Of a DNA stretch of 37,491 nucleotides, positions 1-8,011 are shown one piece after another. The notes below the pieces were generated by a model, which saw only the letters and a list, made by a program, of their open reading frames with translations, was not told the origin of the DNA and did no database searches. A program made the position numbers and the translations under genes. Each line of letters opens with the position of its first letter. Positions within the stretch are counted from its first letter, which is position 1. The stretch lies in IMG/VR virus record IMGVR_UViG_3300048902_000179, positions 1 through 37,491 of that record; one strand, written 5' to 3'. This DNA comes from a virus. Taxonomy: Duplodnaviria > Caudoviricetes.

Positions 1-341
1 CCCGAGCCGCCGGCTGGCGGGTGCGCCTGACCCCGCGCCTCTCCGTTTCGGACGGCATCAACGCGGTCCGCACCCTGTTCCCGACCCTCTGGTTCGACGC
101 GGAGCGGACCGCGGACGGCCTGCAGTCGCTGCGGCACTACGTCTACGACGTCGACAGCGCCACCGGCCAGTTCAGCCGCAACCCGCGCCACGATTTCGCG
201 TCGCACGGCGCGGATGCGCTGCGATACGTCTGCGTCGCGATGCAGGAGGCCGGCCGCAAGACCTACGGCACCAAGCAGGGCCCGCCGCGCCGCCTGATCG
301 TCGAGCGCGGCCGCGGCCAGACCGGCTGGATGCGCAGCTGA
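1..341 (+). CDS. terL: Terminase large subunit, C-terminal part (continues the gene that starts at 36576)
   Basis: Frame is open from base 3: RAAGWRVRLTPRLSVSDGINAVR...LRHY..D...PRHDFASHGADALRY, the RNase H-like nuclease end of PBSX-type TerL. Confidence 0.92.
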   Translation, partial: RAAGWRVRLTPRLSVSDGINAVRTLFPTLWFDAERTADGLQSLRHYVYDVDSATGQFSRNPRHDFASHGADALRYVCVAMQEAGRKTYGTKQGPPRRLIVERGRGQTGWMRS

Positions 342-445
342 TGGGGCCGGACGAATTGCGCGACTGGCTCGAGGGGCTGGCCTCGATCGTCGTGGTGTTT
401 CTCGGCGTCGTGGCGATCGGCCTCATCATGTGGCTGAGCGCGTGA
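341..445 (+). CDS. 34-aa single-pass membrane protein
   Basis: Hand-translated MGPDELRDWLEGLASIVVVFLGVVAIGLIMWLSA; ATG overlaps the terL stop (TGATG). Confidence 0.6.
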   Translation: MGPDELRDWLEGLASIVVVFLGVVAIGLIMWLSA

Positions 446-452
446 GCGACTG

Positions 453-653
453 ATGGCTGTCAAAACCTATACCCGCAGGCTCTGCGATCGCTGCGCCACC
501 GAGAAGGAGAGCCTGCGCCGGGCGGGCCCCCCGGCCCATTGGATGTCGATGACGGTGAACGGCATACGCGAGGGCTCGCTGCCGGAGAAATTCGACCTCT
601 GTCCCAGCTGCGCCGAAAGTTTCATGGGGTGGTGGAAAGCGGGCATCTCATGA
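453..653 (+). CDS. Small zinc-binding protein
   Basis: CDRC...CPSC cysteine pairs; ATGA-coupled to the next gene. Confidence 0.7.
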   Translation: MAVKTYTRRLCDRCATEKESLRRAGPPAHWMSMTVNGIREGSLPEKFDLCPSCAESFMGWWKAGIS

Positions 654-850
654 CCGATCGCGCCCCCGGCACCCTGTCCGAGGTGGCGCGCAATGTCCTG
701 GCCGGGCTGCCGCCGGGCATGCTGCTGCTGGTCGGGCTGTTTGGCGGCCTGATCTGGTATCTCGACAATCAGGACGCGTCCCGCGCCGAGGCGACCGCAA
801 AGCGCATCGAGGCGGTGACGCAGCTCCTCGACAAGTGCATCACCAAATGA
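650..850 (+). CDS. Small membrane protein, holin-like candidate
   Basis: MTDRAPG...MLLLVGLFGGLIWYL transmembrane segment followed by a helical tail; ATGA overlap. Confidence 0.6.
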   Translation: MTDRAPGTLSEVARNVLAGLPPGMLLLVGLFGGLIWYLDNQDASRAEATAKRIEAVTQLLDKCITK

Positions 851-905
851 GCCTCGCGGAGTCCCTTGGACGAATATTTCGCCCAAGCAACCAAGGAGAG
901 AATCA

Positions 906-1424
906 ATGGCGTATGTAGCAGTCAGCCGATCGCCGATCCGGGTACATCAGACCGGCGGCGCCGACCCGGACTACGGTATCGACGTCGGCGGGCACCCCGA
1001 CCAGGGACTCCCGGGGCATCAACCGGGGATCGATAACAGCTTGCCGGTGCCGCCGCCGGGGGTCTGGCCGCCGCCGACCGTGGCGCACCCTATTGTGCCG
1101 ATCCCGCCCGGCACCGACGTGCCTCCCGGCACGATCTGGCCGAGCCCCGGCCATCCCGGCCATGATCTGCCGGCCCCGCCGGCCCGACCCGACCAGGGCC
1201 TGCCGCGCCCGCCGCCGCGGCCCGACCAGGGTCTGCCGAGCAACACCTTCTGGGTCGTCGCCGGCATCCCCGGCTATGGTTGGCGCTATATCTGCGTCGA
1301 CCCCAGCCTGACGGTCGACATCGGATTGCCGGAACATCAGCCGCATCCGGATCAGGGTTTGCCGGCCGGCCGGCCGCCGCGGCCCGATCAGGGATTGCCC
1401 CCCGGAGCCGCCCCAAAGAGCTGA
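906..1424 (+). CDS. Proline-rich protein with PDQGLP repeats
   Basis: Strong RBS AAGGAG; five exact PDQGLP copies plus variants; followed by a terminator. Confidence 0.8.
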   Translation: MAYVAVSRSPIRVHQTGGADPDYGIDVGGHPDQGLPGHQPGIDNSLPVPPPGVWPPPTVAHPIVPIPPGTDVPPGTIWPSPGHPGHDLPAPPARPDQGLPRPPPRPDQGLPSNTFWVVAGIPGYGWRYICVDPSLTVDIGLPEHQPHPDQGLPAGRPPRPDQGLPPGAAPKS

Positions 1425-1439
1425 TTTTGCCGCAAATAC

Positions 1440-1479
1440 CGCCGAAAACCGGTTGAAAATGCCGGTTTTCGGCGTTTTT
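1440..1479 (+). terminator. Rho-independent terminator
   Basis: 13-bp stem cgccgaaaaccgg/ccggttttcggcg, 9-nt loop, then TTTTT. Confidence 0.7.
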
Positions 1480-1496
1480 CGCGCTGCGGGCCGCAT

Positions 1497-1529
1497 GACC
1501 CGAACAAACCGAACAAAACGAACATCTGT
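1497..1529. repeat. 3x9-bp CGAACA tandem element, copy 1 (copy 2 at 9234-9266)
   Basis: gacc-cgaacaaac-cgaacaaaa-cgaacatct-gt. Confidence 0.85.
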
Positions 1530-1613
1530 CGGGCGAAAAACCCACTTTACACCGACGTGTCGGGTGGTTAGGCTCGGGTCCCCCACACCATCCATCCCGC
1601 GCGCAGGTTCCCC

Positions 1614-1937
1614 ATGGGCGAGAGCAAACGCCGCCGCGACTACGGGCGACAGCAGCCGCACCAACGTCTGGGCGATGCGCCGATCGAGGCCGAATATCAC
1701 GAGACAATGACCGCGGTGGCGCAGGCGCTCGACGAGATGTTCAACGGGCAGATCGGCGGGCCCGGCCGCAAGACCGGCTTCGTGCTGATGGTGTTCCCGT
1801 TCGAGGAAATCTCCCCCGGCGGTTCCAGCCGCTGGAACTACATCAGCAACGGCGCCGACCGGCGCGACGTCGTCACGCTGATGCGCGAGATGATCGCGCG
1901 GTTCGAGGGGCAGCCCGAGGTATCCGGCCGGGCATAA
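1614..1937 (+). CDS. Phage hypothetical protein
   Basis: Globular-looking ORF (TGFVLMVFPF...NYISNGADRRDVVTLMREMIARFEG) with GC3-rich codons. Confidence 0.75.
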   Translation: MGESKRRRDYGRQQPHQRLGDAPIEAEYHETMTAVAQALDEMFNGQIGGPGRKTGFVLMVFPFEEISPGGSSRWNYISNGADRRDVVTLMREMIARFEGQPEVSGRA

Positions 1938-1943
1938 GGGTCG

Positions 1944-2168
1944 ATGCAACGCAAAACCGCCCACCTCGACATCCGCGTCGAACCGGAGCTGGTCGAGCGG
2001 ATCGATGCATGGCGCCGCACCCAGCGCGTGGTGCCGAGCCGCAGCGCGGCGATCGTCCACATGATCGAGGATTATCTCGAGCGGGACGCCCCGCACACTG
2101 AACGCGGCGCGCCCCTGTCACCGGTTATCTGGCCAAGTCCTGGTCAGATCTTTAGGGAGCGGGGCTGA
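1944..2168 (+). CDS. Ribbon-helix-helix DNA-binding protein
   Basis: LDIRVEPELVERIDAWR...SRSAAIVHMI matches the CopG/Arc pattern. Confidence 0.75.
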   Translation: MQRKTAHLDIRVEPELVERIDAWRRTQRVVPSRSAAIVHMIEDYLERDAPHTERGAPLSPVIWPSPGQIFRERG

Positions 2169-2423
2169 GTGGACGCGGCGCAGTGTGCCGAGCAGAGCCT
2201 GGCGCTTTCGGCGCGGATCAAACCACTGCTGGCGGGTAAGCACCCCGCAGTGCAGGCCGGCGCGTTGGCGGATCTGGTGTCGGTATTTCTGGCCGGGCAT
2301 TTCGTGGCGGGCGATGCGGCAGCCACCGCGGCATTGCGGCAAGAGCTGCTGGACGAGCATGTCAGGTTTGTCAAATCCCTGGTGCCGGCGTCCGAACGGG
2401 AAATCGCGTCGGGGCGAGCCTAA
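2169..2423 (+). CDS. Hypothetical protein
   Basis: Abuts the upstream stop; helical 84-aa ORF. Confidence 0.6.
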   Translation: MDAAQCAEQSLALSARIKPLLAGKHPAVQAGALADLVSVFLAGHFVAGDAAATAALRQELLDEHVRFVKSLVPASEREIASGRA

Positions 2424-2427
2424 AACT

Positions 2428-2487
2428 GCTTGACGTCCTCGGGACGTCCTCAGGACGTGCGCGAACGTCCTCAGGACGTGCTTGACA
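2428..2487. promoter_or_regulatory. Three palindromic operator-like sites bracketed by TTGAC boxes
   Basis: ACGTCCTC(A/G)GGACGT at 2433-2447, 2444-2458 and 2465-2479; gcttgac at 2428 and 2480. Confidence 0.5.
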
Positions 2488-2553
2488 ACGGACCACGAAC
2501 GAATCGCGAAAATCGCACGAAAAAGTGCTAAGAAACCCGCGAAACGCGGGAGA

Positions 2554-2742
2554 ATGGCCATGGCGGATTGGCAGCCGATCTACGCAGACGCGCACGACCG
2601 CCTCGAGATGCTGCCGGTGCCGGGCGGGTTTCTGTACCGCAACTGGGTCCGCGCCAGCAGCGATTCAGCCGTGCCGCAGGTATCGCTGGTGTTTGTTCCC
2701 GAGATCGCCCCGGTAGCACCGCCGGCCCGCCGGGCGGCATGA
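2554..2742 (+). CDS. Small phage hypothetical protein
   Basis: GGAG RBS; LPVPGGFLYR...SLVFVP; start may be 2554 or 2560. Confidence 0.65.
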   Translation: MAMADWQPIYADAHDRLEMLPVPGGFLYRNWVRASSDSAVPQVSLVFVPEIAPVAPPARRAA

Positions 2743-2746
2743 CGCG

Positions 2747-5083
2747 ATGCGCTCGCCGGGCTCACGCTCGCGCCGCGACCCCGCGCCACGGGTCGGTGAA
2801 CGCGAGCTAGCGGCCGACCGGCCCGAAACCGACGCCGACATCACCCGCGAGGCCCGCGAGCGGTTTCAGCGGGTGATCGACTGGGAGACGTCGTTTCGAT
2901 CGTCGGCGATCGACGACGTCCGGTTTGTCAACGGCGACGCCGACAACCACTGGCAATGGCCGGACAATATGTACAGCGAGCGCGGCGACCGGCCGAGCCT
3001 GACGATCAATAAAACGCGCCAGCATTGCCTGCAGATTATCAATGATGCCAAGCAAAATGCGCCGCAGGTAAGAATATCCCCAGTATCCGATGAGGCGACC
3101 AAAGCATCGGCTGAAATATTCGAGGGGATCTGCCGGCATATCGAATATGTCAGCAACGCTGCCACGGCCTACAACACCGCGACCGAACATCAGGTGCATG
3201 CCGGCATCGGCTGGTGGCGCATCGTGCGGGAATACGAGGACGAGGCCGGTTTCGAACAGGGTCTGCGCATCGTGCGGGTGCGTGACCCGATGTCGATCTA
3301 TATGGACCCCGACATCCAGGAGCTGGACGGCAGCGATGCCCGCTGGGCGTTTGTCGTCGACGACGTGCCGCGGGATGATTTCGAGCAGAAATATCCCGAA
3401 TATGCCGACCGGGTCCCGCAGGCGACCTGGGCCGGCTCGAGTGTCGGCGGCGGCTGGCTCGACGAGGATCACGTCAGGATCGCGGAGTACTACCGCAAGG
3501 TGGTCGAGGACGACGTCCTGCACATGCTGCCGGACGGTTCGACCGTGCGGGAGAGCGAGCTGGCGGCCGGTGCCACGCTGTCCGATCTGCGCGCCATCTC
3601 GGTGCAGAGCCGCGCCGTCGAGCGCGAGCGGCTCGAGTGGTTCAAGATCGTCGGGGACGAGATCGTCGACGAACGCCAGGAGCCCGGCCGCTACATCCCG
3701 CTGGTGCGGGTGATCGGCGAGGAAGCGATCATCGAGGGGCGCCTCGAGCGCAAGGGCCATGTGCGGGCGCTTAAAGACCCGCAGCGGATGTACAATTACT
3801 GGTCATCCTCGGCGGTTGAATCGGTCGCGCTGCAGTCGAAGACGCCGTATATCGCGGCCGCTGAATCGATCGAAGCATTCCAGCAATATTGGGATACCGC
3901 AAATAGCGTAAATCACTCGGTATTGCCGTTTAACGCGCGCGACGATCAGGGGCAGCCGCTGCCGGCGCCGACCCGGCAGGAACCGCCGCAGATGCCGCAA
4001 GCGTATATGGCCGGCATGCAGCAAAGCTCGCAGGAGCTGATGATGGCGAGCGGCCAGTATCAGCCGACGCTGGGCCAGCCCTCGCCGCAGCAGGAGACCA
4101 GCGGCCGCGCCATCCAGTTGCGACAACGGCAAGGCGACAACGCGACATATCACTATATCGACAACCTCGCGGTGGCGATCCGCTTCACCGGGCGGATCCT
4201 GCTTGACCTGATCCCGCTGGTCTACGACACCCCGCGCGTCATGCAGATCATGGCGCCGGACGGCACCGTCGACCGCGTCCAGCTCGATCCCAACCAGCCG
4301 CAGCCGCTGCAGACCGCGCAGAACCCCAACCCGCAGCAGCAGCTCGCCGGCAGCGCGACGCCGACCCCGCAGCAGCAGATGGCGACCTCGGTCATCCGCA
4401 TTTTCAACCCCACGGTGGGTCGCTACGAGGTGCAGGCGGATGTCGGGCCGGCGTATGCCACCAAGCGTCAGCAGGCGTTCGACGCACTCTTGCAGATCAC
4501 CACGACCGCGCCCCAGCTCCTCAACGTCGCGGGCGATTTGCTTATGAAAGCGGCGGATTTTCCGATGGCGGATGAACTGGCCGAGCGGCTGCAGCGGCTG
4601 GTGCCGCCCAACGTGCTGGGCCAGGGGCCGAGCCCGCAGGAACAGCAACTGCAGCAGCAGCTCAACGGCTCCCAGGCGCATGTCGCGCTCCTCGCGGAGA
4701 AACTCGCGGTTGCGGAGATGCGGCTGAAGGTCGGCGCGGAGAAAACGGACATCGAATCGTACCGCGCCACGACCGAGCGCATGGGCAAGCTCCTGAGCAT
4801 GGCGGGCACCGATGGGGCCTATGTCGACGGCACCGAGGTGCGCGCCCTCATTATGCAGATGGTGCAGGACGCGATGCAGCAGGCCGGCATGGCCCCGGTG
4901 CAGCAGATCGCGCTGCAGGACGCGATCCAGCGGGGGCAGATATTGCAGGGGCTGGCGCCGTCGACCCAGGCACCGCCATTTGCCCAGGCGGGGAGCTTTG
5001 GCGACAACATCCCGGGGATGGGTAACGGACAGATCGCGGCGCTGTCGCCACTGGCCGCGCCACGATTGCCGCAGGGGGGCTGA
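2747..5083 (+). CDS. P22-like portal protein
   Basis: 778 aa; QWP...RPSLTINK, GWWRI, LKDPQRMYNYW, SGRAI..RQ.QGD....Y.DNL, GRYEV..DVGP.YATKRQ motifs; downstream of terL. Confidence 0.93.
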   Translation: MRSPGSRSRRDPAPRVGERELAADRPETDADITREARERFQRVIDWETSFRSSAIDDVRFVNGDADNHWQWPDNMYSERGDRPSLTINKTRQHCLQIINDAKQNAPQVRISPVSDEATKASAEIFEGICRHIEYVSNAATAYNTATEHQVHAGIGWWRIVREYEDEAGFEQGLRIVRVRDPMSIYMDPDIQELDGSDARWAFVVDDVPRDDFEQKYPEYADRVPQATWAGSSVGGGWLDEDHVRIAEYYRKVVEDDVLHMLPDGSTVRESELAAGATLSDLRAISVQSRAVERERLEWFKIVGDEIVDERQEPGRYIPLVRVIGEEAIIEGRLERKGHVRALKDPQRMYNYWSSSAVESVALQSKTPYIAAAESIEAFQQYWDTANSVNHSVLPFNARDDQGQPLPAPTRQEPPQMPQAYMAGMQQSSQELMMASGQYQPTLGQPSPQQETSGRAIQLRQRQGDNATYHYIDNLAVAIRFTGRILLDLIPLVYDTPRVMQIMAPDGTVDRVQLDPNQPQPLQTAQNPNPQQQLAGSATPTPQQQMATSVIRIFNPTVGRYEVQADVGPAYATKRQQAFDALLQITTTAPQLLNVAGDLLMKAADFPMADELAERLQRLVPPNVLGQGPSPQEQQLQQQLNGSQAHVALLAEKLAVAEMRLKVGAEKTDIESYRATTERMGKLLSMAGTDGAYVDGTEVRALIMQMVQDAMQQAGMAPVQQIALQDAIQRGQILQGLAPSTQAPPFAQAGSFGDNIPGMGNGQIAALSPLAAPRLPQGG

Positions 5084-5085
5084 GC

Positions 5086-5256
5086 ATGACCGCAGCTATC
5101 TGGTTTTGGATCCTGTACGTCATCGCGATCGTGTTTTCGGGCGGCTGGTTTTGGCGGAATCAGGCCGTTCTGCAGCCATTTGGGCCGTTTTCCCTGGTGT
5201 TTTTCATACTGATCGGCCTCCTCGGCTGGGGTGTTTTCGGCGCGCCGATCCGCTGA
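5086..5256 (+). CDS. 56-aa two-TM membrane protein, holin candidate
   Basis: Hand-translated MTAAIWFWILYVIAIVFSGGWFWRNQAVLQPFGPFSLVFFILIGLLGWGVFGAPIR. Confidence 0.7.
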   Translation: MTAAIWFWILYVIAIVFSGGWFWRNQAVLQPFGPFSLVFFILIGLLGWGVFGAPIR

Positions 5257-5267
5257 GGGGGTAAGCC

Positions 5268-5654
5268 ATGCCGTTCGACATTGGATCGATGAACCCGCAG
5301 CAGCTGCAGTTCCTGGTGAGCCTGCTTTCGCGCGGCGGCCAACAGCAGGGGCTGCCGGGGCTGCCGGGGCTGCCGGGGCAGGCGCCGGGTCTCTCGCCGC
5401 AGCAGGCGCTGATGCAGCAGCTGCAAAACCCGCAGCCGAGCGCCATGCAGCAGATCCTGGTGAAACTGCAGGAGATCCAGCAGCTCCAGGGGCAGCAGGC
5501 GCAGCCCGGCCAGAACAACCCGTTACTGGCCCAGCAGATGGGGCCGCAGCAGCAGGCCCTGATGCAGGCGCTGATGCAGGGGCGCGGAGCGCAGCAGCAG
5601 CCGCAGGCGCCCTGGCAGGCGCAGTTTATGCAGCAGCCTCAGGCGAAACCCTGA
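5268..5654 (+). CDS. Gln-rich low-complexity protein
   Basis: 128 aa dominated by Q/P/L/G/A with very few charged residues; GAGGGG RBS. Confidence 0.75.
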   Translation: MPFDIGSMNPQQLQFLVSLLSRGGQQQGLPGLPGLPGQAPGLSPQQALMQQLQNPQPSAMQQILVKLQEIQQLQGQQAQPGQNNPLLAQQMGPQQQALMQALMQGRGAQQQPQAPWQAQFMQQPQAKP

Positions 5655-6043
5655 TGCCGCTCGTCAATTCGCCCTATCCGCCGATCGCCGGACCCTCGCA
5701 GGCGCGGGGCATGACGCTGCCGCCGCCGGCGGCGCCGCGGCCGATCCAGCCGACCTATGCCGACCCGGGCGCGCTGGCCCAGCGGCCGCAATTGCAGGGG
5801 GCGCCGCCGCCGCAGGAATCGGTGATGCCGTGGATGCAGCAGTGGCGGCAGTTCCTGCAGCAGCAGGCCGCCTACCAGCAGCAGATCGCGCAGCAGATGC
5901 ACGGGCTGGGGCCCTACAGCAACGCCCTGACCGGCCCGGCCCAGATCCAGCAGCTGGTCAATTCGCGCCGCAACGAGGTCATGCAGTACCTGATGGGGGC
6001 GGGCGGCCCGCGCAGCCTCGCGCCGCCGGGTCAATCGCAATGA
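5654..6043 (+). CDS. Pro/Gln-rich low-complexity protein
   Basis: MPLVNSPYPP...; TGATG coupled to the previous gene. Confidence 0.75.
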   Translation: MPLVNSPYPPIAGPSQARGMTLPPPAAPRPIQPTYADPGALAQRPQLQGAPPPQESVMPWMQQWRQFLQQQAAYQQQIAQQMHGLGPYSNALTGPAQIQQLVNSRRNEVMQYLMGAGGPRSLAPPGQSQ

Positions 6044-6264
6044 AAACCCGACCTGACGACGTGCCGGTCGTGCTGAGCCGGGCCGAGGCGGCGGCGCTGC
6101 TGTCGCTGGTCGGGCTGGGCATGTCGACCTATTTCGAGGACATGGCCGCGGCGCGCGAGACGCGCGAATTGCTCGACCGGATGCCGACCGAGCATCTGGT
6201 GGGGGCGATGCGCAAGCTCGAGGACGCGCTGGCCGAGGCGGCGGGGGAAATCGATGCTGTCTAA
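6040..6264 (+). CDS. Hypothetical protein
   Basis: MKTRPDDVPVVLSRAEAAALL...; ATGA overlap. Confidence 0.65.
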   Translation: MKTRPDDVPVVLSRAEAAALLSLVGLGMSTYFEDMAAARETRELLDRMPTEHLVGAMRKLEDALAEAAGEIDAV

Positions 6265-7834
6265 TGCGCTGATGCCCCAGGCGGGCCCGCCGATGGGCAA
6301 CCCGCTATTGCAGCAGCAGCCGCCCGGGATTGCCGGGGCGCCGAGGGCCGCGATGCCGCCGGGGCCGATGCCGGGGCCGCCGGCCGGGCCGATGCCACGG
6401 GGGCCGATGCCACGGGGACCGATGATAGAGCCCGAGCGCTCGACGGCGGGATTTAAGGATCGCGTCTCGACGCGGATTCCGACCGCGGTCGGGCTGGGCT
6501 ACGACCCGCACGAGCGCTCAGACCTGACGGTCAGTCACGCTGCGATGCTGCCGGGTAGTGTCACCGATCCGAAGCAGCAAAAGGCGTTGGAGGACAGCCA
6601 CCGCAAGAATGCCGAGATCATCCGCAAGTATTACGGGCACGTTGATCCGGGAATAACGGATGAGGACGCGTCGCGTAACTTCATCGACAACGCGCACGAC
6701 AACATCGTCTACATGTGGAACAAAGTAAAAGATCGGCCTTGGGTGCCGCTCGCGGTCGATTGGTACAAGGGGGCGAACAAGCTCGCCGGGGACATGGCCG
6801 AGGAGCACGGGATCAGCCACCGGCAGGCCGCCGCCGTCATTGCGAACCTCTCGCCGCAAAAGGACTGGGACCAGAACGTCGAGCTGGCGTCGCGGGTCTT
6901 AAAGGTGCGCGGCAACCGCAACCTGACCGTGACCCCGGAGATGCTGGGGCGGATGCAGCAATATGTCGACGCGCGCACGCCGAAGACGCGGGCGGCCCTC
7001 GAGATGCGTCTGCATGGCGGGGTCGACGACGAGACCGGGCGGATAGCGCCGATCCGCGCCGGCCAGAAATATTCGGATCTGAAGGACCCGCTGCAGCGCG
7101 CCATGTTTGTGCGGGCGCATGACGAGGTGCACAACCCCAACACGACCTACGACATCATCTCCCCCTCGGGCGAGCGGCAGCTGGCCACCAACGCGGACGG
7201 CAAGCCCTCCAAGCTCGCATGGAGCGACCTGGGGGCGGTTGCCAATGCGCTGACCGCGGCCGACAGCGGCGACCATCTGCCGACCATCTCGCGGTCGTTG
7301 GGTCAGATGCACAAGGTCAGGAATTTTTTCAACAACATCATCGCGCCGGATTACGGGCACGACATCACGGCCGACACGCACGCCATCAATGTCGGGCTGA
7401 TGCGGCCGATGAGCGGGTTCCATAAATCCGTTGCCGAGGGCCTGGGCGGCGAGGGATCGACCAGTAACGTCTCGGGCGTGCATGGACTCTACGGGCTCTA
7501 TGCCGACGCCTACCGGCGCGCCGCGGAGACGATCTCGCGGATGGACAACCGCCGCTACTTGCCGCGCGAGATTCAGAGCGTGACCTGGGAGGCGATCAGA
7601 AACATGTTTCGCGACGAACACAAAAAGATCGACAAGACGTCGATGGAGCCGCTGCACGATGTCGGGCGGGTGGCGCGAGATGCGCTGTTTGCCTCTCGCT
7701 TTGGCTTTATGCCGGCCGATATGAGCCGTGACGCGATTCACGACGCAACCGGCGGGGTGCGTGACCCTGCATGGTGGAGGGGCGCCCAGGCCGCGGGGCC
7801 GCCGCCGCAAACCGGAGGGATGATAAATGCCTGA
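6254..7834 (+). CDS. HhH-GPD/endonuclease III-like DNA glycosylase-fold protein with a disordered N-terminal leader
   Basis: WY..A, IANLSPQKDW..N, LGQMHKVRNF (K354), ITADTHA (D374), YRRAA, PREIQSVTW; N-terminal GPMP repeats. Confidence 0.65.
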   Translation: MLSNALMPQAGPPMGNPLLQQQPPGIAGAPRAAMPPGPMPGPPAGPMPRGPMPRGPMIEPERSTAGFKDRVSTRIPTAVGLGYDPHERSDLTVSHAAMLPGSVTDPKQQKALEDSHRKNAEIIRKYYGHVDPGITDEDASRNFIDNAHDNIVYMWNKVKDRPWVPLAVDWYKGANKLAGDMAEEHGISHRQAAAVIANLSPQKDWDQNVELASRVLKVRGNRNLTVTPEMLGRMQQYVDARTPKTRAALEMRLHGGVDDETGRIAPIRAGQKYSDLKDPLQRAMFVRAHDEVHNPNTTYDIISPSGERQLATNADGKPSKLAWSDLGAVANALTAADSGDHLPTISRSLGQMHKVRNFFNNIIAPDYGHDITADTHAINVGLMRPMSGFHKSVAEGLGGEGSTSNVSGVHGLYGLYADAYRRAAETISRMDNRRYLPREIQSVTWEAIRNMFRDEHKKIDKTSMEPLHDVGRVARDALFASRFGFMPADMSRDAIHDATGGVRDPAWWRGAQAAGPPPQTGGMINA

Positions 7835-8009
7835 GATCGACTGGAAGGCCGAGGCCGCAATGGACCCGATCCTGCGCGCCATGATGGGCGCGCGGATCCC
7901 GCTGACCCGCGAGAATTACATCGACGCTAAATACGGCAGCGAGGACATGCCCGAGGAGTGGACCGACGAGCACGAGGACGCTCTGCCGGGTCCGTTCCAG
8001 CGGAGCTGA
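7827..8009 (+). CDS. 60-aa acidic protein, putative inhibitor/immunity partner
   Basis: GGAGG RBS; 8-nt overlap with the upstream gene; 14 D/E versus 6 K/R. Confidence 0.65.
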   Translation: MPEIDWKAEAAMDPILRAMMGARIPLTRENYIDAKYGSEDMPEEWTDEHEDALPGPFQRS

Positions 8010-8011
8010 CG

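Noticed and set aside
903-2096. 397-aa minus-strand ORF, and similar long antisense ORFs (2807-3760, 6899-7882, 7916-9049, 36417-37472)
   Set aside because: Shadows of real plus-strand genes in GC-rich DNA; Arg/Pro-rich with no motifs
6360-6425. Functional DNA repeat (gggccgatgcc units)
   Set aside because: Explained by the encoded GPMP peptide repeats
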